Below are positions 1 to 10,919 of a stretch of DNA of 64,000 bases, in pieces. Below the pieces are notes generated by a model. The model ran no database searches and had not been told where the DNA came from. It saw nothing but the letters and a program-made list of their open reading frames with translations. Each line of letters begins with the position of its first letter. The stretch's first letter is position 1. A program made the translations under genes and the position numbers. The stretch comes from an uncultured Verrucomicrobiae bacterium (GTDB lineage: Bacteria > Verrucomicrobiota > Verrucomicrobiia > Chthoniobacterales > JAFAMB01), in the NCBI GenBank assembly GCA_963813025.1, contig CAWEXO010000012.1, forward strand, positions 96,001 to 160,000, in the 5' to 3' direction.

Positions 1-6
1 GCGTTC

Positions 7-1302
7 GTGGCCTTCTACTTTGTCGATAGGATACGCATGCTCCTCAGCCCACACCCGCTGCTGGCTCGGTCCACGCTGTTATTCGAGGCAGCCGCTGGGT
101 GTCTCTTTATTCTGTGGGTGCTGCGCCACAGTGCTCCTCCTGGATCTCGCGAGCGTGAGACCCGAGCTTTTGCCCGCACGTTCCGCGCTGCCCTCACCGT
201 TCTGGCTATTGGTTTTCTCACCGCGTTTCTGGCCAACGCGCTGGGTTACGTCAATTTCGCGAACTTTGTCATGACGGCCATTCTGCACTGTGCCTATGCG
301 GCTTTTCTGCTCTATGCAGTCGTCCGAATCCTGGAAGGCTTCACAATTATCGCTTTGGAAACGCGACCCCTGGCTTTGTTCAAGGCGGTCAAACGGTACC
401 GCGAAGTGCTCCAGCGCCGGATCGGAGCCGTGGTTCAGGCCGCAGTTTTTCTGTGGTGGCTGAGCATAGCCTTGCGCTCCTTCGCGCTGCGCGAAGCGGT
501 CCTTCAACAGCTCGATACGGTCCTAAACGCTACCTTCTCCCTGGGATCAATCAGCATCTCGTTGGGACGAATCCTCGCCTTTGTCATCGCGATAGTCGGT
601 TCATTTCTGATTTCCCGCTTTGTCCGTTTCATTCTGGAAGAGGATATCTATTCCCATCTCCGGCTTCCCCAAGGAGTTTCTTATGCGGTCTCGACGCTCC
701 TGCACTACGTACTGATTGTGTTCGGATTTTTTGTCGCGCTCGGCGCGCTCGGCTTCGACCTCACGAAATTCACGATTCTCGCGGGCGCCTTCAGCGTAGG
801 CGTGGGGTTTGGCCTGCAAAACATTATCAACAACTTTGTATCCGGCGTTATCTTGCTGTTCGAACGCCCAATTAAAGTCGGCGACGTTATCCAGGTCGAA
901 ACCGCGATTGGCGAGGTTCAACGCATTGGCATCCGCGCGAGTATCATCCGGACAACCGAAGGATCGGAAGTCATCGTTCCTAATGGCACCTTGATTTCCG
1001 GCCAAGTCACAAACTGGACATTGTCGGGACGTGAGCGAGTTATCGAGATCCAGGTTAGCGTCGCGCGAACAAGCGATTCCGGGGTGGTCACCAACCTGCT
1101 GGTGCGTGCGGCCGCAAACCACTCCGCGATCCTGAAACAGCCTGCGCCGAAAGCCTTCGTGACCAATCTGAGCGGCGCCGCGATGACGTTTGTCCTGCGC
1201 GCCTGGACCGATCGCTATGAGAATTGGGCCCAGGTGCGCGGCGATCTGTCGATTGCGGTCAACGCGGCATTGATGCGGGAGCAGATTGCGTTAGCGGGCT
1301 AG
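7..1302 (+). CDS. MscS-family mechanosensitive ion channel (5'-partial, runs off window)
   Basis: Multiple TM helices and the MscS signature GAFSVGVGFGLQNIINNFVSGVILLFERPIKVGD...VIVPNG. Confidence 0.92.
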   Translation: MAFYFVDRIRMLLSPHPLLARSTLLFEAAAGCLFILWVLRHSAPPGSRERETRAFARTFRAALTVLAIGFLTAFLANALGYVNFANFVMTAILHCAYAAFLLYAVVRILEGFTIIALETRPLALFKAVKRYREVLQRRIGAVVQAAVFLWWLSIALRSFALREAVLQQLDTVLNATFSLGSISISLGRILAFVIAIVGSFLISRFVRFILEEDIYSHLRLPQGVSYAVSTLLHYVLIVFGFFVALGALGFDLTKFTILAGAFSVGVGFGLQNIINNFVSGVILLFERPIKVGDVIQVETAIGEVQRIGIRASIIRTTEGSEVIVPNGTLISGQVTNWTLSGRERVIEIQVSVARTSDSGVVTNLLVRAAANHSAILKQPAPKAFVTNLSGAAMTFVLRAWTDRYENWAQVRGDLSIAVNAALMREQIALAG

Positions 1303-1332
1303 CTTAGCTAGACATATCGCTCTGGTATTTTG

Positions 1333-3235
1333 ATAGGGGTAGGGACGCCGGATTAGCAGCGCCCCTCCCTCCGAACCGGACTGGCGGATCTCCCGCATCC
1401 GGCTCTCCAGTTGGTGGTTAACTTCTAAGAAGATCGGCAAGCCACACGATGTGCTTGTCGTAAGGAAAACAAGCCCACTGTGGAGAAGTAGGTGTTGGGC
1501 CAGAGTTGATGATCGCTTCCGCGACCGTGTCCTTCTTTGCCCATCCGTTGACGCAGGATACTGCGCAGACGGCCCCGGGTGTATTTGTCGACGGCTCCGA
1601 AGACAGGGCTTTTACTGTGCTTGAAGTACTCGAACCAGCCGCGCAGGCTTTTATTGAGATCCGCGCAGATGGCCTGCAGACTACGGCCCTCGCTGCGACG
1701 GGTCTTTTCCCGGATTGTGTCCTTCAGTTTATCCATGCTTTTCTTTCACGGCCATTTCATGTCCCGCTCAAAATGGTAACCCAGGAAGTCGAAGCCTCCG
1801 GGTTGACTGGCATCGACCAGTCGGGTTTTGTGCGGGTGCAGGATTAGACCGTTTGCTTCTACCCAATGGCGAACTTCTTCGAGGGCTCTTTGGGCTTGTT
1901 GTTGGTCGCGACACAGCACGATGAAGTCATCGGCGTAGCGTACCATTTCAAAGCTCTTTTGTGCCATTTGCCAGTCCAATCCATTCAGATAGATATTCGA
2001 TAACAATGGACTGATGACCGCTCCTTGCGGTGTGCCTTGCTCGGTCGGTTGCCATCCTTTAGCACTGTCCATGACTCCGGCCTGGAGCATCTGTTCCAAG
2101 AGTCCCAACACCCGCCCGTCCGCAATCTTTTCCTCGATGCACTGCAGCAAAGCCTTTTGCGGAATGAGGTCAAAGTAGGATTTCAAATCCGCATCGACCA
2201 CCCAGTGATAGCCGCTTCTGAGCAGCTCCTCGACTCGGCGCAGTGCGTCCTTGCATCCTTTGCCCGGTCGGAACCCATAGCTTTGCGGAGCAAAATCGCG
2301 TTCAAAGATCGGCTCAATCACTTGGAGCAGGGCTCCTTGGACGATGCGATCCCGGACCACCGGTACTCCTAGCGGCCGCTTCTCTTGACTCCCAGGCTTT
2401 GGAATCCAGACCCGTTTGACTGCTTTGGGCTGATATTGATTGGCTCGTAGTTCTTGCTCTAACTTCCTGATCGTCTGGTTTTGGTGGACTTGGACTTGGT
2501 GCACACTCTGGGAGTCGATCCCAGGGCTGCCGCCTTTGGCCACCACCTTTTCCAGCGCTCGAGTCAGATTCTTTGGACTCCAGACTTTATCAATCAACCG
2601 AAACCACTTTCCTCCTTCAATCCCCGTTTCCAGGGTTGCCAACATGCGTTCGGTCCAGGCCACTGGTTCGACCCAGGCCCACCGGGCACGGATCTCTCCC
2701 CCTTGTGGAGCCGTTGCCGGCACTACCGAGGGTTTGGGTTCCTCTGTCCTGACTTTCACGCTTCCACCTTCCTGCCTCCCTTGGCTCCACGGGCGTTACC
2801 CCGCTTCTTTGCTACTACGAAGGCTCTGTCACCTTCCGGACGCGGTTCTTCGGACTCTCTGCTGGTCATGAACGCCGCTCCTTTCCCGGATCGTGATCCC
2901 TGGTTACTGTCGCTCCAACTTCTGACCATTCTATTTCCAACCACCCCATGCACTCCGTTCTCCACGCTCACTGTCTCGTCCTAGAGCCGGTCGCTTTGTT
3001 GCCGTTTTCCCTTTCCGGGCAGCTTTCCGTTCTGGGCTTCGCCTTTCACTCGCAGGCTCGCCAGTGCATTAGGCCGAATCGAATTCACCATTGTTTTAGT
3101 TATGGACTGGTCATTCGTCTCCGGTTGCTCTCCACCCCGTCTCTCGACGACGCAGTTACCTTCGACTACGGACAGCCAGTGCTTCTGTCCGATGGGGACT
3201 TCCACCCCACTGTTGGTGCGCCCTCCCAGGCGCAC
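1333..3235 (-). mobile_element. Group II intron (~1.9 kb), both ends present
   Basis: On the minus strand: 5' GTGCG at 3235; domain V GAGAGCCGGATGCGGGAGATCCGCCAGTCCGGTTCGGAGGGAGGG at ~1365-1410; domain VI ending CCCTACCCCTAT at 1333; internal RT ORF. Confidence 0.92.
1425..2759 (-). pseudogene. ltrA: Group II intron reverse transcriptase/maturase, split by in-frame TGA at 1746-1748; no endonuclease domain
   Basis: Motifs RPLGVP, GTPQGAVISPLLSNIYL, YADD, GFDFLG; the X-domain ORF (LRGWFEYF) continues in the same frame after WP*KKSMDKLK. Confidence 0.88.
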
Positions 3236-3393
3236 GAGTGCGTGCGACTTGTCGCACGCTTTCAGTCCGCCTGGAGCGCGGACTGGACCGAAAAAAGAAC
3301 CATGGAATGGAGACAGCCCGGCCGAAAAGGCCAATTTGTTGACGAACAGCGCTCCGCACCGTTTCAAAGCGGCGACAGGTCACACGCAGTCCA
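3236..3393. repeat. REP-like inverted repeat pair forming the intron 5' exon
   Basis: GAGTGCGTGCGACTTGTCGCACGCTTT (3236-3262, internal perfect palindrome) and inverse arm AAAGCGGCGACAGGTCACACGCAGTCCA (3366-3393). Confidence 0.7.
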
Positions 3394-3430
3394 CCCGTTT
3401 ACTGCTCGAGCTCCCGGGCTACCAAGGATA

Positions 3431-3733
3431 TCAAGTCTCCTGAGCGATACGGATGTCTACCGAGAGATCATCGCCCTTCTTTAACCGGGATCGGCCATGG
3501 GTGCGGATAGTAAACGTCCGTGGGCCCGAGAGGGTCGCTTCCACGATCCCCGCGCCAATCTCACTTTCCTGGAAGACGGGGCGAGCAGACTCCCAGTTGA
3601 TAACGTCCTCCTCGAGTTTCCCATCCAAGAGCCAGGTGTCCGTCGCTTTGTCCGGTTCGGATTCAGGATCTTCTTTCATCGCTTCCTCAATTTTGCCGCG
3701 AATTTTCTTCATCAACCCTTGTTCGCATAGCAA
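3431..3733 (-). CDS. Hypothetical protein (100 aa)
   Basis: Protein-like composition; no recognised motif. Confidence 0.4.
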   Translation of the reverse strand: MLCEQGLMKKIRGKIEEAMKEDPESEPDKATDTWLLDGKLEEDVINWESARPVFQESEIGAGIVEATLSGPRTFTIRTHGRSRLKKGDDLSVDIRIAQET

Positions 3734-3909
3734 ACGGACTTGGCTGTATTAGAGAAAGCAGCCTGGACTGGATCCAGCAGGCCGATTTGCGGATCGGGAC
3801 CGTAGAGAACTCGAAAAACCTTTTGCGAGTGGATGAGCCGGTGCGCGCGATGAGACTTGGAGCCGGGAAAGAATCTATAGAAACAACCGCAAGTTCGGAG
3901 TCCCGCATT

Positions 3910-4287
3910 TTACTGGACGAGCTTTAACCCATGAGGCAGGAAAACTTTGAAATCTTCTGTATTTGAGGTGGCTAGTCTTGCTCCCGCGACAACGGCCGTC
4001 GCAGCAATCATCGTATCTACTCTGAGATGCCGGATTCTGCCGATGCGGTTGAAGAGCCGAGCGGCTTCCGTGGCCTGGATTTCTTCGAATGCTGAAATTC
4101 CGCCGGAAAGAAAAGCACGAATCGCATTAATTTGCGGTCCGGTGACTGGACCGCAAAGAAATTCAAACCAGGCTGGAGCTGCGCAAAGCAGCTCTTCACC
4201 TGCTTGGTGCCACTGGATGAGCTGGGCAGACTCGGGTGCATCCTTGACTAGGCCGCGAACAAGGTAATTCGTATCAAGAGAGATCAT
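3910..4287 (-). CDS. vapC: PIN-domain VapC-family toxin
   Basis: N-terminal ISLDTNYL, conserved acidic residues, DTMIAATA...LATSNTEDF; overlaps antitoxin stop. Confidence 0.9.
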   Translation of the reverse strand: MISLDTNYLVRGLVKDAPESAQLIQWHQAGEELLCAAPAWFEFLCGPVTGPQINAIRAFLSGGISAFEEIQATEAARLFNRIGRIRHLRVDTMIAATAVVAGARLATSNTEDFKVFLPHGLKLVQ

Positions 4288-4553
4288 TTGCCTCTCCAGC
4301 GCTTTCTATCTGCGTAGACTTGAGCCAGATAGGATTCCGCTCTCTTCGGATCGAGGCCCTCTCCTGATTCTTGCAGGTGACGAAGCATAGTTACCGGATC
4401 AGATATTTGCGGTTCAGGTTGCGCTTCGGCTTGAGCGACGGCCCGCCGCACCACCTCCGCCTGGGAAACCCGCCAGCGAAGCGCGAGAAGCTTCAGGCGA
4501 CGAATCGTTTTGTCATCCAGCGCGAAGGTGGTGCGATACTTCATGGCAGCCAT
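4284..4553 (-). CDS. Ribbon-helix-helix (CopG/VapB-like) antitoxin
   Basis: RTTFALDDKTIRRLKLLALRWRVSQAEVVRRAV RHH pattern; ATGA coupling to the PIN gene; start at 4553 or 4544. Confidence 0.8.
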   Translation of the reverse strand: MAAMKYRTTFALDDKTIRRLKLLALRWRVSQAEVVRRAVAQAEAQPEPQISDPVTMLRHLQESGEGLDPKRAESYLAQVYADRKRWRGK

Positions 4554-4958
4554 ACCATCACTGCATACCATCACCTTAGCGGCCTGTCGAGGCAATGTTT
4601 CAATTTCGGTGTGACCTAAGGTCGCCCTGTACTTAAATCGTAGACTACTGCACTTAATTCGTGGACTGATTTCACCCCTGAATTTCGGGTGTTGCAAAAT
4701 TCCGAAAACTTCCGCAGGTCTCAAGTTTGCTGCCCGGCAAACCAGGACGTAAGGACTCCCGAGTCTTGTCAAGGCTGTCAGTTGCGCGCATCCGATTCAT
4801 TTGGATGTCCGAGCCGCCAACGGTGTTAAGCGCCAGTCCTTTGAGGCCGCGAGCGACAGGCCGCTCGCCAGATAGAGCACGCCGGCAGCTACAAACTCGG
4901 CCGCTTGCCGATGACGTTGTAGCACGTTGTCAGCGCGGCCCTCCTCCAGACATATTGT

Positions 4959-5927
4959 TCAACGCCCGCGCGAGAGTGAGTCCATGAAATCACGTACAAG
5001 TGCCGCAATCTCGTCTGCTTTGGTATCAAGCGCGAAGTGTCCGGCGTCCAGTACGTAGACCTTCGCGTTCGGTACGTCCCTGCGGTAGCGTTCCGGCTCC
5101 GAGAGGTCGAACGAGAGGTCATACTTACCCCAGATCACCAGCAGGCGCGGCTGCTTCTCGCGCATCCATGCTTGCCACTTAGGGTAGGCATCCACGTTTG
5201 TGCGGTAGTCGTAGAAGAGATCGCTCTGAATGTCGGCCTGGCCGGGCTGGTTGAGAAAGGCAAATTCATCGGTCCAGAGATCCGGGTCATAGCGCTCCAC
5301 GTCAGGATCGTTTCCGACATGGCGCGTCCGCGTCGTCGGCAGCGACAGGAGATTTGTGCGAAGCTTGCTTTCGTTGGCAGCACGATCGACCCAAAAGGCC
5401 CGCCGTGGCTTCCAATTCGCCCCGAGGCCTTCGTTGTGCGCCACAGCGTCCTGAACGATAAGAGCCTCGATCCGGTCTGGATGGGCTAATGCCATGCGAA
5501 AACCCACGGGGCCGCCGTAATCCTGCATGTAAAGCGTGTAGCGCGAGAGCCCGAGCGCTTCAGTGAAGTGATTCATGATCTCGGCATAATGATCGAACGT
5601 GTACGCGAATTTTTTTGGGTCCGGCCAGTCGCTATGTCCGAAACCAGGGTAGTCGGGCGCGACAAGGTGATAGCGATCAGAGAGACGGACGAAGAGCGGC
5701 TCGAACATTCGTGACGAAGAAGGCAGTCCGTGGAGCAAGAGAATCGTTGGGCCATCCTTCGGCCCCGCTTCCCGATAAAAAATTGAGAGTTCGTCAACCT
5801 TCACCGTGCGATAAAAGACGTTTTGCGACATTCCTATTTTGCTCCTTTCTTGAGCTTTGAGATTACCGGTAGCAAACCCGATTGATAAGAGTAATGCCGA
5901 GTTAATCGCGATTGTTTGAAGGTCCAT
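4959..5927 (-). CDS. Alpha/beta hydrolase (epoxide hydrolase/haloalkane dehalogenase-like)
   Basis: LLLHGLPSS, APDYPGFGHS, nucleophile MQDYGG, C-terminal AGHF. Confidence 0.9.
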   Translation of the reverse strand: MDLQTIAINSALLLSIGFATGNLKAQERSKIGMSQNVFYRTVKVDELSIFYREAGPKDGPTILLLHGLPSSSRMFEPLFVRLSDRYHLVAPDYPGFGHSDWPDPKKFAYTFDHYAEIMNHFTEALGLSRYTLYMQDYGGPVGFRMALAHPDRIEALIVQDAVAHNEGLGANWKPRRAFWVDRAANESKLRTNLLSLPTTRTRHVGNDPDVERYDPDLWTDEFAFLNQPGQADIQSDLFYDYRTNVDAYPKWQAWMREKQPRLLVIWGKYDLSFDLSEPERYRRDVPNAKVYVLDAGHFALDTKADEIAALVRDFMDSLSRGR

Positions 5928-5934
5928 GGCTCGA

Positions 5935-6081
5935 TCAGGTCGGCCGGTTCAAGGCGGCGGCAACGTCGTAGGCGACGGCTTCTTCCCGGGTCAGATCCGT
6001 CGGGCGCTCTCCCGCGACAATGGTCGCGACCTTGGCACGCGGTACGCCAGCACTCTCTGCCAAGTGCTGCGGGGTTCCCAT
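5935..6081 (-). pseudogene. Probable fragment of carboxymuconolactone decarboxylase-like protein
   Basis: Manual translation AESAGVPRAKVATIVAGERPTDLTREEAVAYDVAAAL resembles the middle of CMD-family proteins. Confidence 0.35.
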
Positions 6082-6090
6082 TTTCCGGCA

Positions 6091-6410
6091 TCAGCCGGAC
6101 ACCTCGAAGATCACTTCCAGCGCGACCGGGATACCGAGCGGAAGGCTTGCAACGCCATACACTAAGCGGCAGGGGTTCCTCTCTTTTCCGAAAAGGTCTT
6201 GTAGCAACTCCGAAGCGGCGTCGGCGACTTTCGGCTGATCGCGGACATCGCCCGAAGTGGCCACCGACTCGCCGAGCCGGACGATCCGCGTCACTTTGTC
6301 GAGCGATCCCAAGTGCTGCCTTGCGACAGCGAGGACGTTGAGCGCCGCGTGGTAGGCCGCTTTGCGCCCCATTTCCACATCGAGCTCCGCGCCGACGCGC
6401 GCTCTGGTCC
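6091..6410 (-). pseudogene. RidA/YjgF-family protein, N-terminally truncated
   Basis: AALNVLAVARQHLGSLDKVTRIVRL...DQPKVADAASELL...GVASLPLGIPVALEVIFEV; N-terminus missing. Confidence 0.75.
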
Positions 6411-6639
6411 GGTCATGGAACGACTTGCCCTTTTCGGTTGAATGTGGTCCCGGCGAACCCGCCGTAGTGTTCCAGCGCCTACCAAAAACCGCTCAAAACC
6501 TACTTGACCCGAGAAAAGGCGGTCGGCTGAAGGAAGGAGTTGCTGATCGAGGCGACGATCGGGCTCCCTCGCGATCGCTCTCCGCTTGCTTTTCGATCCA
6601 TTCAGGCTGTGACGAAGACGTTCCATTTCTGCGCGGGGC

Positions 6640-8262
6640 TCATTCCGCCGCGAGGTGAGCCCCTTTTTCGGCAACGGATCGCTTCATGAAGAGCACAAGG
6701 AACGCCAGTCCGACGGCGAGGACCGCGAAAATCAGAAAAGCATCAAAATAGGCCAAAGCGGAAGCTTGCTGGTCTCGTAAATTCTCCAGGGTTTGCCATG
6801 CCATCTGCTGCACCGCGACCGGATCTCGGTTTTGTTGTTGGAAGACTGGCTGCGCCTGAGCAAGGTACGAGTTTACGGCGGGGTTCAGTGGATCAAGATT
6901 CTCGTTCAAGCGCAGAGCGTGAAAGATCTCGCGCCTTTGGGTGATGGTCTGGCCCATCGACGTTCCCACGCTCCCGCCTTCATTACGTAAAAGGGCAAAA
7001 AGACCGACCGCGGCACCACGCAAGGCGCGCGGTGTATACAAATAAGCAGCAACATTCAGAGGCGCGAAAACCAGACCCAAACCCCCGACCATGACCACTC
7101 GCGGCCAAACCACGTGCCAGGCAGAAATATCCAGATTGAGTCGCGACATCCAGAAATTCCCGGCCGCCAGGATTAAGAGGCCGGTGGCAATCAGCCAGCG
7201 GGCATCTAGACCTCGACCTAACACCCTTCCCACGACCATCAGAGCGACGATCGCAAAAGCGCCGGAAGGCGAAAGGACCAGCCCGGCGTGGAAAGCATCG
7301 TAGCCGAATAGCGATTCCAACAGGCTGGGAATCAAGGTGCTGGTACCGTAAAGAACTCCGAAAGCACAGAAAATGATCACGCAGGCCACGGCGAAGTTTC
7401 GTTCCCGAAGCGGCCGAAAATTGACAATCGGACTTTCTTGACGCGTCTCCCAAAATACGAGGCTGACCGCGCCGAGCACAAAGAGAGTGGCGAGAATTTG
7501 CACACGGCCAAAGGCATCACTCAACCAATCCCATTCCTGCCCTTTGCTTAGCAGAACTTCCCAACAAACCAGGGTTAGTACGAGAAAGCTGAGCCCAACA
7601 AAGTCGAAATTGAGCGGTTTTTTTCCCAGTTCGGCCCGCTGATTACGGAGATAATCGGGGTCCTGCACCATGAGCCAACAAAGAAAGAACGCCAAAGCGC
7701 CCACGGGCAGATTGATAAAAAAGATCCATCGCCAGGAATACTCATCGGTAATCCAGCCGCCCAGGGTCGGACCGACTACTGGAGCAAGCAAAGCGGCGAC
7801 GCCAAAGAGAGTCTGGGCGGAGCCTTGTTTCTCGGTCGGAAAACTATCCAGCAGGATGGCTTGGCTGGAGGGTTGCAGACCGCCGCCGGCAAGACCTTGC
7901 AGGACCCGAAACAGGATCAACTGACCAAGGCTGGTCGCCATGCCGCAGAGCAGAGAACTTAGCGTAAAGACCGCGATGGAGAGCAGAAAATAATTGCGCC
8001 GCCCGAGATGAGCCGCTAGCCAGCCGGAGATCGGCAGGATTATCGCGTTTGCTGCGAGATAGCTGGTAACAACCCATTCGCTATCCGTAACCGCCGCCGA
8101 AAGGCCGCCCGCGATGTAGCGCAGAGCCACATTGGCGATGGTCGTGTCGAGTACTTCCATGAACGTCGGCACGACGACAGCCATCGCGATGAGCCACGGA
8201 TTGAAAACTCGCGGGCTGGCCGCCGCCAAGGATGCGGAGATGGCCGGCATTTGCGCGCTCAT
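6640..8262 (-). CDS. emrB: DHA2 (EmrB/QacA) MFS efflux permease
   Basis: FMEVLDTTIANVAL, WVVTSYL, GPTLGGWITDEYSWRWIFFINLPVG. Confidence 0.93.
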   Translation of the reverse strand: MSAQMPAISASLAAASPRVFNPWLIAMAVVVPTFMEVLDTTIANVALRYIAGGLSAAVTDSEWVVTSYLAANAIILPISGWLAAHLGRRNYFLLSIAVFTLSSLLCGMATSLGQLILFRVLQGLAGGGLQPSSQAILLDSFPTEKQGSAQTLFGVAALLAPVVGPTLGGWITDEYSWRWIFFINLPVGALAFFLCWLMVQDPDYLRNQRAELGKKPLNFDFVGLSFLVLTLVCWEVLLSKGQEWDWLSDAFGRVQILATLFVLGAVSLVFWETRQESPIVNFRPLRERNFAVACVIIFCAFGVLYGTSTLIPSLLESLFGYDAFHAGLVLSPSGAFAIVALMVVGRVLGRGLDARWLIATGLLILAAGNFWMSRLNLDISAWHVVWPRVVMVGGLGLVFAPLNVAAYLYTPRALRGAAVGLFALLRNEGGSVGTSMGQTITQRREIFHALRLNENLDPLNPAVNSYLAQAQPVFQQQNRDPVAVQQMAWQTLENLRDQQASALAYFDAFLIFAVLAVGLAFLVLFMKRSVAEKGAHLAAE

Positions 8263-9788
8263 CGCACCGGAATGACGGATTCACCAGGGGGCCGGAGTTC
8301 CTGAAGGAATCGGCCGGCGTTCGGACCGGTGGGAGCAGTTCTCAGATCGACTCTCGGCGTCACCGAGAGACCCACGAAAAGCGGCAGTTTGTCTGGATCG
8401 TAATTCGTCAGGTCGATTCGGACCGGCAGCCGCTGCACCACTTTCACGAAATTTCCGGTCGCGTTCTGTGCCGGCAACAGCGCCAAGGTAGAACCGGTGC
8501 CCATCGTAAAGCCCGAGATACGACCTTCAAATAAGTGCTTACCGCCATACATATCGACTTCGAGCTCGACCCGCTGACCGATTCGTAGATTGCGGAGTTG
8601 GGTTTCCTTAAAATTTGCGTCCACCCAGATATCGCGAAGAGAGCGGATCGCCATGAGACTCTGACCGACCTGGACGTTGTTGCCGGGATTTACATTGCGA
8701 CGAGTGATCACCCCATCGATCTCCGCTAAAACGGTGCAATAACGCAGATCGAGCTTGGCTTCATCGAGGTCGCGCTGGGCTTGCAGCACATTCGTTTGCG
8801 CCTGTTTTAAGCTGGGAGCGCTTTGGATGACCGTCGCATAGATCTTATCCACATCGCCGCTCGGATCGCGTCGATAAAATTCAGCCAGCATCTCCTTCGG
8901 CGTCAGGTTATAAGAGGAAGGATAAATGCCGAGCTGGGCGGCGCTTTGCAGCAGTTGAGCCTGCGCTTCGCGAACCGAGGAGAAGGTCTGGTCGAGATCG
9001 GCCGGAACATCCGCAAAGCTGGTCCCCGGGGGCGGTTCGGCGGGAAGTCCGAGCGCAACGCGGGCCTGAAGCACATTTTCTAGTGATTGGCTAACTTGTG
9101 CTTTGGCCACATCGAGCGCTTCCTGCCTCTGATCGTATTCCTCGGCACTCACCACTTTGGTCGTGAGCAAGCGCTCGGCCCGCGCAAACTCCGCTTGAGC
9201 CAGCACCAGAGTCGCCTTGCTCTGCTGCCATGTGGCAATGTGCGCCCGGATAAGGGCGATTTGATTATCCACATCTTCAATCGCCCGCGAAAGTTTGAAC
9301 CGTTGCCCCCGCGTCTGACCAATCAAACCCCGCACCGAAGCTTGAGCCACAGCCAGATTCGCCTGCGCGCTTTCCACGAGCGCCTGTTTGATCGCCACTT
9401 GCACCTGAAAAGGCTCCGGATCTAGTTCGACCAGCACGTCGCCCTTCTTTACCCGGTAGTTGTCGTCAACAAGGACACGCGCAACCTGACCCGCCACCCG
9501 GGGAGCGACAAATGTAATATAGCTGTTTACATAAGCATCATCGGTCGAAACCGTGCCTAACGAATGTTGAATCCGGAGCATAGCCACCGCGGCAAGCAGC
9601 AGACCGATCAGTGCCAAGATCCAAAGGCGTAAACGGCGTTTTCGTCGCGGCTTCGTGACCGCGCCACTCGGCGCCGCAACTGCAACAGGCGCTGAGGTTA
9701 CGGGCGCGGCAGCTGCTGGACCAGCATCGGTAGGCGCCGTTTCGGAAATGGAACCCCCTGTTGAGGTATTGGCGGGATGAGTGTTCAT
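8259..9788 (-). CDS. emrA: EmrA/HlyD-family membrane fusion protein
   Basis: STDDAYV, ANFKETQL, LLPAQNATGNFVKVVQRLPVRI; overlaps emrB start. Confidence 0.92.
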   Translation of the reverse strand: MNTHPANTSTGGSISETAPTDAGPAAAAPVTSAPVAVAAPSGAVTKPRRKRRLRLWILALIGLLLAAVAMLRIQHSLGTVSTDDAYVNSYITFVAPRVAGQVARVLVDDNYRVKKGDVLVELDPEPFQVQVAIKQALVESAQANLAVAQASVRGLIGQTRGQRFKLSRAIEDVDNQIALIRAHIATWQQSKATLVLAQAEFARAERLLTTKVVSAEEYDQRQEALDVAKAQVSQSLENVLQARVALGLPAEPPPGTSFADVPADLDQTFSSVREAQAQLLQSAAQLGIYPSSYNLTPKEMLAEFYRRDPSGDVDKIYATVIQSAPSLKQAQTNVLQAQRDLDEAKLDLRYCTVLAEIDGVITRRNVNPGNNVQVGQSLMAIRSLRDIWVDANFKETQLRNLRIGQRVELEVDMYGGKHLFEGRISGFTMGTGSTLALLPAQNATGNFVKVVQRLPVRIDLTNYDPDKLPLFVGLSVTPRVDLRTAPTGPNAGRFLQELRPPGESVIPVR

Positions 9789-9845
9789 GCTCAGGGCATC
9801 AATACGCCGCTTGTGACGCCAGTCTACCGAAAGTAGCACGGTCCT

Positions 9846-10919
9846 CTAACCAGGCTCGAGGCTCGACAATCCCGGCCTGAGCAAGGTTGTGGTGACAGGA
9901 TTCACCATCGAGAACGCCAACTTCGAGGGAATCCTTGTAACGAACGCTTCGTTCGTCACCATCTGGGACAATGAGGTAATCAACAACGACCGGAGTCTCA
10001 ACATCACTACTCTCAAGTGTCCTGGCCAGCCGGCTTTTGAGACGAACGAAGACTTTGATTGCGGTGAAGGAATCCATCTCATCGGTGTTGATCACTCGAC
10101 GGTGGTTATAACACTTCAGAGAAAAACTCCGGCGGGATCCTGCTCAGCGATGAAACTAGCGCCACGCACCACAACTTAATTATAGGCAATCTGTTCCGGA
10201 ACAACCCATTTGACTGTGGAATTACGCTCGCCTCCCATTCGCCTGCACCGTCTTCAGGTCTAACTTTGCCTCCGGGGGTCTATAGCAACACAATCGCCAA
10301 GAATGAGTCGTTTCACAATGGGCTTCAAGTCCCAGGAGCCGGTGCGGGAGTTGGCCTTTTCGCACCCGGACCCGGCAATAAGGTATACGCCAATGTGGTA
10401 ATTAATAATCAACTGAAGGACAATGGCCTACCTGGCGTCGCCTTCCACAACCATGCCTCATTTCCGCCGCCCGCACCGCCTGTGAATCTCAACGACAACG
10501 TTATCGTCGGTAACCGTATTTCCGGCAACGGCGCGGACACAGATGACGCGGCGACCCCTGGCCCTACCGGGATCAACGTCTTTGGCCTCGCCTCCATTAC
10601 TGGCACGGTCATCTCGGAGAACGTGATCGATGACGAGGCTGTAGACATAGCCACCAAAACGCCCGCTCAGGTGAATGTACATCTCAACGACTTACTCGGT
10701 GAGAAGATCGGCGTGGATAACCTCGGCACCGGCACAGTCGACGCCACGGAAAACTGGTGGGGATCCCCCGGCGGCCCTGGTGTGGAAGAGGCCACGTCTG
10801 TGAGCGGACCCGGAGTCTTCTTCACGCCCTGGCTGAGATACCCGATCCGCAAGGTTAGCCTCCCAGGGGTTGACGAAAAAGGAAACCAAGGAGACGACCG
10901 ACGGAACAATGCCGAGTGA
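9846..10919 (+). pseudogene. Right-handed parallel beta-helix (NosD/pectin-lyase-like) protein, 5'-truncated and frameshifted at ~10107
   Basis: Asn/Gly-rich beta-helix repeats in ORFs 9889-10179 and 10266-10919; the shifted frame reads NTSEKNSGGILLSDET...IIGNLFRNNPFDCGITLASH; ends DATENWWG. Confidence 0.7.
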
